Assembly: GCA_016703025.1 (NCBI GenBank)
Contig: JADJCV010000003.1
Coordinates: 23,506-87,505, forward strand
Direction of reading: 5' to 3'
Length of the DNA stretch: 64,000 bases
Source: Candidatus Avedoeria danica
GTDB lineage: Bacteria > Chloroflexota > Anaerolineae > Epilineales > Epilineaceae
The notes beneath the pieces were generated by a model that saw only the letters and a list, made by a program, of their open reading frames with translations, had not been told where the DNA came from and did not search any database. This document shows positions 56,865 to 64,000 of this stretch, in pieces. The first letter of the stretch is position 1. Each line of letters begins with the position of its first letter. A program made the position numbers and the translations under genes.

Positions 56865-58370
56865 ATGCTTGGCTATGCCGTTGTCGACCGTTTCGCGCGT
56901 AGCACCGCCGTCCTCGCCATTGCCTGGATGTCAGTGCCCGGCGTTGCCGTTAAGTCGCCGACGCCGACTCCCTATCCCGTGTCGCTCACGCTCGAGGACG
57001 CGCGGCGGAGCGTGCGCGAGCGGATGGGCGCCGCGCCGGGCCTGCGCGTCGGCGGTGCGGCGTACATCACCGGCCGCGATCTCTTCGAGCGTTGGCCCTA
57101 TCGCCCCGGCGTCGCGAACGCCGGACTCACGTACCTCGATGCGATCCATTCATTCGACTCGCGATCCACGGAGCCTCCGGCCGCGCCGCTCGCCGACGTC
57201 GTCGTGGTCGTCGAAGGTTCGATCGCGCCGCGCCCGCGATCGGTCCCCGCGGACGACTGGCACCGCGTCGCAACGTCCTTTGTGCTGACCACATCGCTCG
57301 GCTGCGCGCGCTTTGACGGCACGCCCCGCGCACCGTTCCACGCCGTTCTCGATGCCCGGACGGGGCAATGGCTGGGCGCGAGCTGGCTGGAGGTGGCGTG
57401 GCAGACATGCCTGCTGCGCGATCTGACGACGGCCACGCTACCGCACATCACCCTCGCGACGCCGCTGCCGACGACGGCCGCATCCGCGCCGACGGCGACG
57501 CCGCGCCGTCCGCAGTCGTGGCCGTGGCCCGCCGACGGGCCGACGCCGCGGCCGCCCGATCTGCCGGACTACGCTTGGCAGCCGCGGCCCCTCGCGCGTG
57601 GCCAGGTACCGGCGGCCCTGGCGAAGATCGCCGCCGACGTGCCGGTCGCTGCGGGGGCGCGTTGGCGGTACGAGTGGTCGTCGATGACGAACTACACGTT
57701 CTACGAGCGGCAGGACGTCGTGACGGAGACGATCGACGCGGCCTGGCAGATCGGACCGGACGTCATGGTGAGCCACGTCTCGACGAGCCCCGGCATGCGT
57801 GTTATGTGGGGACGAGACGGAGTCTGGCTGTACACCTTCCCGAACGGCTTCGCGACGAACCTGCAGGTGCACCGTGGACTCGGGCCGGATCACAAGCCGT
57901 CCCTTTCGATCATGCGAAGGTGGCTCGACAAGATCGCGATCGAAGATGGACAGGAGGCATCGGAGATGGCGGCCAACGCATTGAACGAGGGCGTCGACAC
58001 GCTGGCGATCGACGCGTTGCCGTGGCCGCCCTCGGTCTGGCACTACGCCACCTGGGCGTGGCACTGGAGCGGCGACGCGGACGTGCGCGTTCCGGCCGGC
58101 CGGTTCCGCGGTTGCCACGGGCTTGACGTTGCCTGGGGCTCGAATTCCGGACGGGCATACGATTGGTTCTGCTCCGGGATCGGCCTCGTGCGGCATGACT
58201 ATCACGACTACGGCATGGGTTACGGCGACAACGCGATGGAGCTCGTGGCCTACGACATCCCGCCCCTCGTCGCCCGCGACGCCCCGCCGTTGCCAACGAC
58301 GACCGCGACACCGACCAAGACTCCGGCTGCGCCCGTCGCCCGTCGAACCATCAGCCTCATCCGCCAGTAG
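56865..58370 (+). CDS. Secreted hypothetical protein (501 aa), Trp-rich C-terminal domain
   Basis: AAGGAGG 8 nt upstream of ATG 56865, in frame with track ORF 55911..58370. Signal-like N-terminus MLGYAVVDRFARSTAVLAIAWMSVPGVAV. C-terminal PT tail. Its 3' end overlaps the convergent Uma2 gene by 14 nt. Confidence 0.6.
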   Translation: MLGYAVVDRFARSTAVLAIAWMSVPGVAVKSPTPTPYPVSLTLEDARRSVRERMGAAPGLRVGGAAYITGRDLFERWPYRPGVANAGLTYLDAIHSFDSRSTEPPAAPLADVVVVVEGSIAPRPRSVPADDWHRVATSFVLTTSLGCARFDGTPRAPFHAVLDARTGQWLGASWLEVAWQTCLLRDLTTATLPHITLATPLPTTAASAPTATPRRPQSWPWPADGPTPRPPDLPDYAWQPRPLARGQVPAALAKIAADVPVAAGARWRYEWSSMTNYTFYERQDVVTETIDAAWQIGPDVMVSHVSTSPGMRVMWGRDGVWLYTFPNGFATNLQVHRGLGPDHKPSLSIMRRWLDKIAIEDGQEASEMAANALNEGVDTLAIDALPWPPSVWHYATWAWHWSGDADVRVPAGRFRGCHGLDVAWGSNSGRAYDWFCSGIGLVRHDYHDYGMGYGDNAMELVAYDIPPLVARDAPPLPTTTATPTKTPAAPVARRTISLIRQ

Positions 58371-59004
58371 GCCCGAACACGTCCTCCACCCGAATCCGCA
58401 CGTCTCCAAACGCCCCCGGCACCACCGCCTCCCCCCGCCCATACCGCACCACCGACGCGTACCCCTTGCCGTCCGCCCTTGGCTCGCGGTGCACCTCGAT
58501 CACGCTCTCCGCGACGGCGACGACCCAGTACTCCGGCACGCCGGCGCGGGCGTACATCGGCGCCTTGACGCGGCGGTCGAAGCGGAGGGTGGAGTGGCTG
58601 ATCTCGATGACGAGGGCGCAGTCGGCGGCGGTGATCGAATGCGCCTGCAGCTCGGCCGGTGTGTAGGTCCGCTGGAGCACGGCGAAGTCCGGCATCGGCA
58701 TGGACCAGCGGTCCATCTTCACGGAACTGCTCGGAAGGATGTCGGCCCGGCCCTTGAACTGATCGTAGATTACGCGGCCGAGAAAGACGCTCGCGGAATT
58801 GTGGCCGCCGCCTGTCGGGGACATCGTGTAGATCTCTCCATCGATCAGCTCGACCCGCGCGTCCGGTGGCAGCTCGGCCGCACAGAAGCGGACGAACATG
58901 TCGACGTCGAACCGCAGCTTGGTCGGCGCGCGGCCACGGGATGGCGAGATAAACGCGGACGGCGCGCCTGGCGCATTCGGTTGCACCATCGGTGAGACGG
59001 TCAT
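58357..59004 (-). CDS. Uma2-family (DUF820) PD-(D/E)xK endonuclease-like protein, tandem paralog A
   Basis: 215 aa from MTVSPMVQP. RFDVDMFVRFCAAELPPDARVELIDGEIY...DFAVL...ALVIEISHSTLRFDRRVKAPMYARAGVPEYWVV is the Uma2 signature (ELIDG, D-x-E/A-x-E, YAxxGIxEYW). SD GAGGGTGG upstream. Confidence 0.75.
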   Translation of the reverse strand: MTVSPMVQPNAPGAPSAFISPSRGRAPTKLRFDVDMFVRFCAAELPPDARVELIDGEIYTMSPTGGGHNSASVFLGRVIYDQFKGRADILPSSSVKMDRWSMPMPDFAVLQRTYTPAELQAHSITAADCALVIEISHSTLRFDRRVKAPMYARAGVPEYWVVAVAESVIEVHREPRADGKGYASVVRYGRGEAVVPGAFGDVRIRVEDVFGPTGG

Positions 59005-59047
59005 GGCCACCCTCGATTCGTGAATCGAAACCGTACGGTCGTCGCCT

Positions 59048-59671
59048 TCATCCCGGCCCGAGCACCTCGTCAACGCCAATGCGCACATCCTGGAACCCCG
59101 CCGGCGTGACGGCCTCGCCCCGCCCATACCGCACCACCGACGCGTACCCCTTCCCGTCCGCCCGCGGCTCACGTTGAACCTCGATCACGCCCTCGCCGAC
59201 AGCGACGATCCAGTACTCGGGAATCCCGGCTCCCGCGTACGCGCTGGCCTTCCTGCCCCGGTCGAAGCGAAGGCTGGATCGCGCGACCTCGATGATGAGA
59301 AGGCAGTCTGCAGGCTCGGCGTGGCGCTTGTGGTACTCGGTCGGATCGTCGTGCCGCACGAGCACGGCGAAGTCGGGCATGGGCATGGACCATCGGCCGA
59401 GCAGGATGGAGCTGCCGGGCAGCACGCGGGCGCGATCGCCTAGGCGCTGGACGAGCAGTCGATTCAGGTCGATGGTTGGACCGTTGTGTTCGGGCGACGT
59501 CGGCGGCATCTCGTAGATCACCCCATCGATCAGCTCGACCCGCGCGTCCGGCGGCAGCTCGGCCGCACAGAAGCGGACGAACATGTCGACGTCGAACCGT
59601 AGCCTGGCAGGCCCGCGGAGGCGGGGCCGGGCGGGCGGCGCGGTCGGTCGCAGTGTTGGCGAGACGGTCAT
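59048..59671 (-). CDS. Uma2-family (DUF820) endonuclease-like protein, tandem paralog B
   Basis: 207 aa from MTVSPTLRP. N-terminal 30 aa and the C-terminal ...PRADGKGYASVVRYGRGEAV block are nearly identical to paralog A, with matching stretches of identical DNA. SD GAGGGG upstream. Confidence 0.75.
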   Translation of the reverse strand: MTVSPTLRPTAPPARPRLRGPARLRFDVDMFVRFCAAELPPDARVELIDGVIYEMPPTSPEHNGPTIDLNRLLVQRLGDRARVLPGSSILLGRWSMPMPDFAVLVRHDDPTEYHKRHAEPADCLLIIEVARSSLRFDRGRKASAYAGAGIPEYWIVAVGEGVIEVQREPRADGKGYASVVRYGRGEAVTPAGFQDVRIGVDEVLGPG

Positions 59672-59848
59672 GGGGGCCCCTCGATTCACGTCGTGCACGT
59701 GCGGGCAAGGATAGACGGACGGCCGGACGACCGCAACGGTCCTTCGGACACGTCCGCGACACGTTGGCGACACGGGCGTCGAGCTGCAGCCGATGCCTGT
59801 GCACCTCGCCAGCAGAGGCGATGCAACTCAGCATGCCATCTTGCGCGC

Positions 59849-59904
59849 GATCACGGTAGAACGGCCGTGAATCACGGTGACTCGCGGCCAGTACTACCGT
59901 GATC
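59849..59904. promoter_or_regulatory. Operator-like 11-bp perfect inverted repeat GATCACGGTAG (34-nt spacer) CTACCGTGATC with a third direct half-site (ATCACGGTGA) in the spacer, in the divergent region upstream of gene 59942..61348
   Basis: Arms at 59849-59859 and 59894-59904, third copy at 59871-59880. Flanked by TTGCGCGC on both sides. Local GC is lower than background. Confidence 0.4.
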
Positions 59905-59941
59905 GGTTGCGCGCTCCAAGTCCCGACGATAAGCTCACCCC

Positions 59942-61348
59942 ATGCGCTCGACACCAAACCGCCCGCCGCGCCCGTCCCTTCCCGCCGCCCTCCTCGCGGC
60001 CGTCGCCCTGGCCATCGTGGGCACCGTCGCTGTCGCCGCCAGAACCCACGGCCGTGCGGACGCCGTCGACGACGCCGTCCGCACGGCCGCCGCCGCGGCC
60101 CGCTCCGCGACCGACGACCCCGCACCCCCCTCCCCCTACATCTGGCCCAGCGGCCCCCCCGCCGACCCCACCTACTTCCCGATCGCCGTCTGGCTCCAGA
60201 GCCCGTCCAACGCGCAGGCCTTCGCCGCGCTCGGCATCAACCTGTTCATCGGCCTCTGGGAGGGGCCGACCGACGCCCAGCTCGACGCGCTGACGTTGGC
60301 CGGGATGCCCGTCATCGCCGACCAGAACGACGTCGCGCTGGCGCGGCGGGGTGCGTCGACGGCCACGGGGCGGATCCTGCAGGGCTGGATGCAGCAGGAC
60401 GAGCCGGACAACGCGCAGTCGGACGGCCAGGGCGGGTGGGGGCCGTGCGTGGATCCGGCCGAGATCATCGCGCGCTACGAGCGGATGAAGGCGGCGGATC
60501 CGGATCGCCCCGTGTGGCTGAACCTGGGGCAGGGCGTGGCCTGGGACCTCGACCGGCCGTACTACGGCCGCGGCAGCGCGTGCGCTGGGCGGTGGGACCA
60601 GTACCGGGAGTATGTGAAGGGCGCCGACATCGTCTCGTTCGACATCTACCCCGTCACGAGCCCGGACGCGCCGATCACCGGCGACCTGTCGCGCGTCGCG
60701 CTCGGCGTCGACCGGCTGCGCGAGTGGACGGAGGGGGAGAAGATCGTCTGGAACGTCGTCGAGACCACCCACATCGGCGCGGAGGTGAGGCCGACGCCCG
60801 CGCAGCTGCGCGCCGAGGTCTGGATGAGCCTCGTCCACGGTTCGATGGGCATCGTGTACTTCGTCCACGAGTGGTTTCCGCGCTTCCGCGAGCCGGCGCT
60901 GCTGGACTATCCGGACATGCGCGCCGCCGTCACGGACCTCAACCGGCAGATCCGCGACCTCGCCCCGGTCCTCAACTCGCCGAGCGTCGACCGCGTCGTG
61001 GCCGTGGCCCCGGACGACCCGTCCCGCCGCGTCGATGTCATGGTGAAGCGCACGGGCGGCTGGCTGTACGTCCTGTCCGTGGCGATGACGGACGATCCGA
61101 GCGACGTGACGTTCCGGATCGACCCGGCGGTGCTATCGCCTGATGTCGTCGACGGCGCAGGGGTCGAGGTCATCGACGAGGGGAGGACCGTCGCCCTCGT
61201 CGACGGCTCGTTCCGCGACGCGTTCGGCGGGTACGGCGTGCACCTTTACCGGGTGCGCATCCGCCCACTGACGCCGACCACGCCGGAGCCGGAGTCCACA
61301 CCGGCCACGACGTCGTGGCGGCTGGTGCTGCCGTGGTTGCAGCGGTAG
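59942..61348 (+). CDS. Secreted hypothetical protein (468 aa), possibly a glycosidase-like TIM-barrel; PT-rich C-terminus
   Basis: Signal/anchor MRSTPNRPPRPSLPAALLAAVALAIVGTVAVAA. Trp/acidic-rich core (WLNLGQGVAWD, DIVSFDIYPV, VWNVVETTHIG). No confident family. Confidence 0.55.
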   Translation: MRSTPNRPPRPSLPAALLAAVALAIVGTVAVAARTHGRADAVDDAVRTAAAAARSATDDPAPPSPYIWPSGPPADPTYFPIAVWLQSPSNAQAFAALGINLFIGLWEGPTDAQLDALTLAGMPVIADQNDVALARRGASTATGRILQGWMQQDEPDNAQSDGQGGWGPCVDPAEIIARYERMKAADPDRPVWLNLGQGVAWDLDRPYYGRGSACAGRWDQYREYVKGADIVSFDIYPVTSPDAPITGDLSRVALGVDRLREWTEGEKIVWNVVETTHIGAEVRPTPAQLRAEVWMSLVHGSMGIVYFVHEWFPRFREPALLDYPDMRAAVTDLNRQIRDLAPVLNSPSVDRVVAVAPDDPSRRVDVMVKRTGGWLYVLSVAMTDDPSDVTFRIDPAVLSPDVVDGAGVEVIDEGRTVALVDGSFRDAFGGYGVHLYRVRIRPLTPTTPEPESTPATTSWRLVLPWLQR

Positions 61349-61441
61349 GCGAAGCGACGATCGGACATCGAACTGGCGTGCGCTCGCCACTCGCCCGGTG
61401 AGGCTCAGTGCTGTTCCATTGTCGGCTGTGCGGCCCACGCC

Positions 61442-61590
61442 AGGCCCCCAACCCCCGGCGCGCTCTGCGCGCCGACCCCTCCCCCAATGCTGGGGCAGGG
61501 GTGGCAGGGCCAACAACGCATGGTCGAGTCCCTGCCCCAGCATTGGGGGAGGGACAGGCTGGCCAACGGCCAGCCAGGGTTGGGGGCCCG
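61442..61590. repeat. Palindromic intergenic repeat element copy B (related to 30671-30830)
   Basis: Perfect 24-26-bp inverted motifs cccctcccccaatgctggggcagggg / ccctgccccagcattgggggaggg. Shares with copy A the segment gggggagggacaggctggcc-NNNN-ggccagccaggg and the flanks gcgcgccgacccctcccccaat / gggNgggggcc. Located between the previous gene's stop and the next gene's start. Confidence 0.6.
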
Positions 61591-61726
61591 TGGGCATGGG
61601 ACAGCCCTGGCAAGGCTTGACTCCCCCCACCCCGCGCACCATCATCCCGCCCCACCGGCCCGGCCCCGTCGCGCCGCCTTCGCGCGCGCCGCTGCCGCAG
61701 ACCGCCGCCCCCGCACGATCCGCCCC

Positions 61727-63019
61727 ATGAACGAACGCCTTCGACAGCGCGAAGCCTCCGGCCAACCCATCGAGGTCGCCTTGGTCGGCGCCGGGGCGAT
61801 GGGCGTCGGCATCGCGTGGCAGATCGCGCGGACGCCGGGCATGCGCTTGGCGTGCGTCGTCGACCTCGACCTCGCCGCGGCCCGCAGGGCGGCCGACGCG
61901 TACGGCGCGCCGTCCCAGACCGTCGGCCCGGGCGACCGCCTGCCCGCTCGCGGCACCGTCCCGATCGCCGCCGACCCGTTCGACCTCATCGGCCGACCCG
62001 AGCTTCGTCTCGACGTCCTCGTCGAAGCGACGAACACGATCGGCTTCGCCGGGCGGTTGTGCGAGGCGGCGATCGACCGCGGGCTGCACGTCGTGCTGAT
62101 GAACGCCGAGGTCGATCTGGCGCTCGGGCCGCAGCTCGTGGCGCGGGCGGAGCGCGGCGGCAAGGGGGCGATCGTCACGAGCGACGGCGGCGACCAGCAC
62201 GGTGTGCTGGCGCGGATGATCGACGAGATCGAGCTCTGGGGCTTCCGAACGGTCATGGCCGGCAACATCAAGGGCTTCCTCGACCGCCACGCCACGGCGG
62301 CGTCGCTGGCGCACGAGGCGGCGATCCGCAACCTCAACCCCGTGCAGTGCTGCGCCTACACGGACGGCACCAAGCTCGGGGTCGAGATGGCGCTCCTGGC
62401 GAACGGCTACGGCCTCGTGCCGTGGCTGCCGGGCATGGAGGGGCCGCGGGTGGCGGACGTGCGGGACGTCTTCCAGGCGTTCGACTTCCACAAGTACGGC
62501 TCGACCGGCGTCGTGGACTACATCCTGGGCGCGGAGCCGGGCGGCGGCGTGTTCGTCGTCGGGCAGTGCGACGACCCCCTCCAGCAGCGCTACCTGCAGT
62601 ACTACAAGCTGGGCGACGGGCCGTTCTACCTGTTCTATCGCCCCTACCACCTCTGCCACCTCGAGACGCCGCGCGCGATCGCCCGGGCCGTGTTCCATGG
62701 TGAGGCCGTCCTCCAGCCGCGCCGCGGCCGCGTCGCGGACGTGTACGCCTACGCCAAGCGCGATGCGGCGGCCGGCGAGGATGTGCCGCACGGCATCGGC
62801 GGCGACCACTGCTACGGCCTGATCGAGCGCGCCGCGGACGCCGACGCCGCCGGCCACGTCCCGATCGCGCTGCTCGACGTCGAGGCCGGCGAAGAACGGC
62901 CGCGCATCCGGCGCAACATCGCCAAGGACACGCCGCTCACCTGGGACGACATCGTCCTCCCCGACAGCTGGCTCGTCCGGCGCTGGCGGGCCGAGGGCCT
63001 GGCTGTCCCGGCCGCGTGA
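61727..63019 (+). CDS. NAD(P)-binding oxidoreductase, homoserine-dehydrogenase-like with a probable C-terminal SAF domain (resembling COG4091 as I recall that family)
   Basis: Start Met81 of the track ORF (the upstream part is repeat element B). Rossmann motif IEVALVGAGAMGVGIAWQIA followed by VVDLDLAAARRAADAYG. About 430 aa, the size typical of this family. Confidence 0.6.
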   Translation: MNERLRQREASGQPIEVALVGAGAMGVGIAWQIARTPGMRLACVVDLDLAAARRAADAYGAPSQTVGPGDRLPARGTVPIAADPFDLIGRPELRLDVLVEATNTIGFAGRLCEAAIDRGLHVVLMNAEVDLALGPQLVARAERGGKGAIVTSDGGDQHGVLARMIDEIELWGFRTVMAGNIKGFLDRHATAASLAHEAAIRNLNPVQCCAYTDGTKLGVEMALLANGYGLVPWLPGMEGPRVADVRDVFQAFDFHKYGSTGVVDYILGAEPGGGVFVVGQCDDPLQQRYLQYYKLGDGPFYLFYRPYHLCHLETPRAIARAVFHGEAVLQPRRGRVADVYAYAKRDAAAGEDVPHGIGGDHCYGLIERAADADAAGHVPIALLDVEAGEERPRIRRNIAKDTPLTWDDIVLPDSWLVRRWRAEGLAVPAA

Positions 63020-63039
63020 CCGCCCCGCCCGCTGCCGTG

Positions 63040-64000
63040 ATGCCCGGCGTCGGTGCTGCGCCGCCCAGTGTCGCGCCGCCCAGTGTCGCGCCGCCCCGCG
63101 GTTCACCGCACGTCGTCGTCATCGGCGGCGGCGTGTGCGGGCTGTACGCCGCGCGCGTGGCGGCCGGTGCCGGGCTGAACGTGACGGTGCTCGAGCGTGA
63201 CGACGTCGTCGGCGGTCTGGCAGCCGGGCGGCGGATCGAGGGCAACTGGATCGATCTGGGCACCCACCACCTCCACGCCTTCGACGCCGCCATCTTCGAT
63301 GACGTGCGCGCGATCATGGGCACGCGGCTGCGGCCGATCGAGAAGCTGGCGCTGGTGCGCTACGGCCGCGGCTTCCGGCGCTACCCGCTGGCGTTCGGCG
63401 ACCTGCTGCGCGGCATCCCGCCGTGGACGCTGGCACGCGCGCTCTTTGGTCTCGTCGGCCAGCAGCTCGTGAATCGCCTGCGCCCGCGTGCGGCCGTCGA
63501 CGCCGAGCAGGCGCTCATCGCCCTGTACGGCCTGCCCCTCTACCGCTTCTTCTTCCGCGACTTCACGGCGCGCTACTGGGGCATGTCGCCGCGCGCGCTG
63601 TCGGCCACCTTCGTCCGCCGCAAGATGCCGCGCCTCTCGGCGATCGACATCGTCAAGCGCGCCCTGGCCCCGCTCGGCTTCCGCGACGCGCGCGGTGCCG
63701 CCGTCGACAGCGCGCTGGCCGAGGAGACGCTGTGGTACGGCGTGCGCGGCAGCGGCGAGATGCCGACGGCCCTCGCCGAGCACGTGGAAGCCTGCGGCGG
63801 GCGGATCATCACGTCGGCCCCCGTCACGGCCGTCGAGACGGCGGGCGGCCGGGTCGTCGCGGTGCGGTATCGGCCGGCGGGCGCGGGTGCGGGCACCGCC
63901 GCCGACGACGCCGGCGACGTGCGCCTGGCGTGCGACGCCGTGATCAACACCGCGCCGATCAACCACATCGTGCCGCGCTTCGACCCGCCGCCGCCGCCGG
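63040..64000 (+). CDS. FAD/NAD(P)-binding oxidoreductase (amine-oxidase / phytoene-desaturase-like), 5' part only; runs off the window so it is absent from the ORF track
   Basis: Hand translation gives MPGVGAAPPSVAPPSVAPPRGSPHVVVIGGGVCGLYAARVAAGAGLNVTVLERDDVVGGLAAGRRIEGNWIDLGTHHL... This has the dinucleotide-binding GxGxxG plus ERxxxxGG motifs. High-GC codon bias continues to the window end. Confidence 0.65.
   Translation, partial: MPGVGAAPPSVAPPSVAPPRGSPHVVVIGGGVCGLYAARVAAGAGLNVTVLERDDVVGGLAAGRRIEGNWIDLGTHHLHAFDAAIFDDVRAIMGTRLRPIEKLALVRYGRGFRRYPLAFGDLLRGIPPWTLARALFGLVGQQLVNRLRPRAAVDAEQALIALYGLPLYRFFFRDFTARYWGMSPRALSATFVRRKMPRLSAIDIVKRALAPLGFRDARGAAVDSALAEETLWYGVRGSGEMPTALAEHVEACGGRIITSAPVTAVETAGGRVVAVRYRPAGAGAGTAADDAGDVRLACDAVINTAPINHIVPRFDPPPPP

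Overview
This is a 64-kb chromosomal segment from a high-GC bacterium (about 70% GC). Codon bias is strong, Pro/Thr-rich linkers are common, several genes look like leaderless mRNAs, and LexA operators are of the Gram-positive GAAC-N4-GTTC (Cheo) type, all consistent with an Actinobacteria- or Chloroflexi-like organism. I cannot name the organism from sequence alone.

Genes identified, in order:
- A complete kdpF-kdpA-kdpB-kdpC operon on the minus strand, followed by the 5' end of kdpD at the window edge, with an extra 30-codon hydrophobic mini-ORF ahead of kdpF.
- Housekeeping and other identifiable genes: maeB (NADP-malic enzyme), dtd, an NFACT/RqcH-like gene with a small upstream ORF, a class-I aminotransferase, holA, tal, lexA with two Cheo boxes, folK, a fumarate-lyase-family gene (aspartase-like), trmH-like, a flotillin, a TMEM43-like membrane protein, an alpha/beta hydrolase, an oxidoreductase resembling COG4091 (predicted homoserine dehydrogenase with a SAF domain), and a partial FAD oxidoreductase at the 3' edge.
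- A split SUF set: sufR translationally coupled (GTGA overlap) to a small membrane protein, divergent from sufA (HesB-type with a Cys/Gly tail) and sufS. A SufU lies 8 kb away, fused in-frame to a transmembrane/lipobox segment and an extracytoplasmic domain.
- A conserved but uncharacterized three-gene membrane module (DUF2157-like, DUF4401-like, GDYXXLXY-like), assigned from recalled family signatures.
- Six large secreted beta-propeller / BNR / VWA-domain proteins with PT linkers. Two of them are tandem paralogs separated by an approximately 490-bp palindromic structure.

Non-coding features:
- The palindromic structure between the tandem paralogs has 125-bp near-identical inverted arms around a 238-bp lower-GC core.
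- A third LexA-box-like site sits in front of a small zinc-ribbon-like acidic ORF.
- Two copies of a dispersed palindromic element of about 150 bp.
- Six tandem 16-bp repeats upstream of the holA operon.
- An 11-bp inverted-repeat operator candidate, and several GC-rich terminator hairpins between convergent genes.

No rRNA, tRNA, CRISPR array, transposase or prophage genes were seen. Many long ORFs in the six-frame track are antisense high-GC artefacts.
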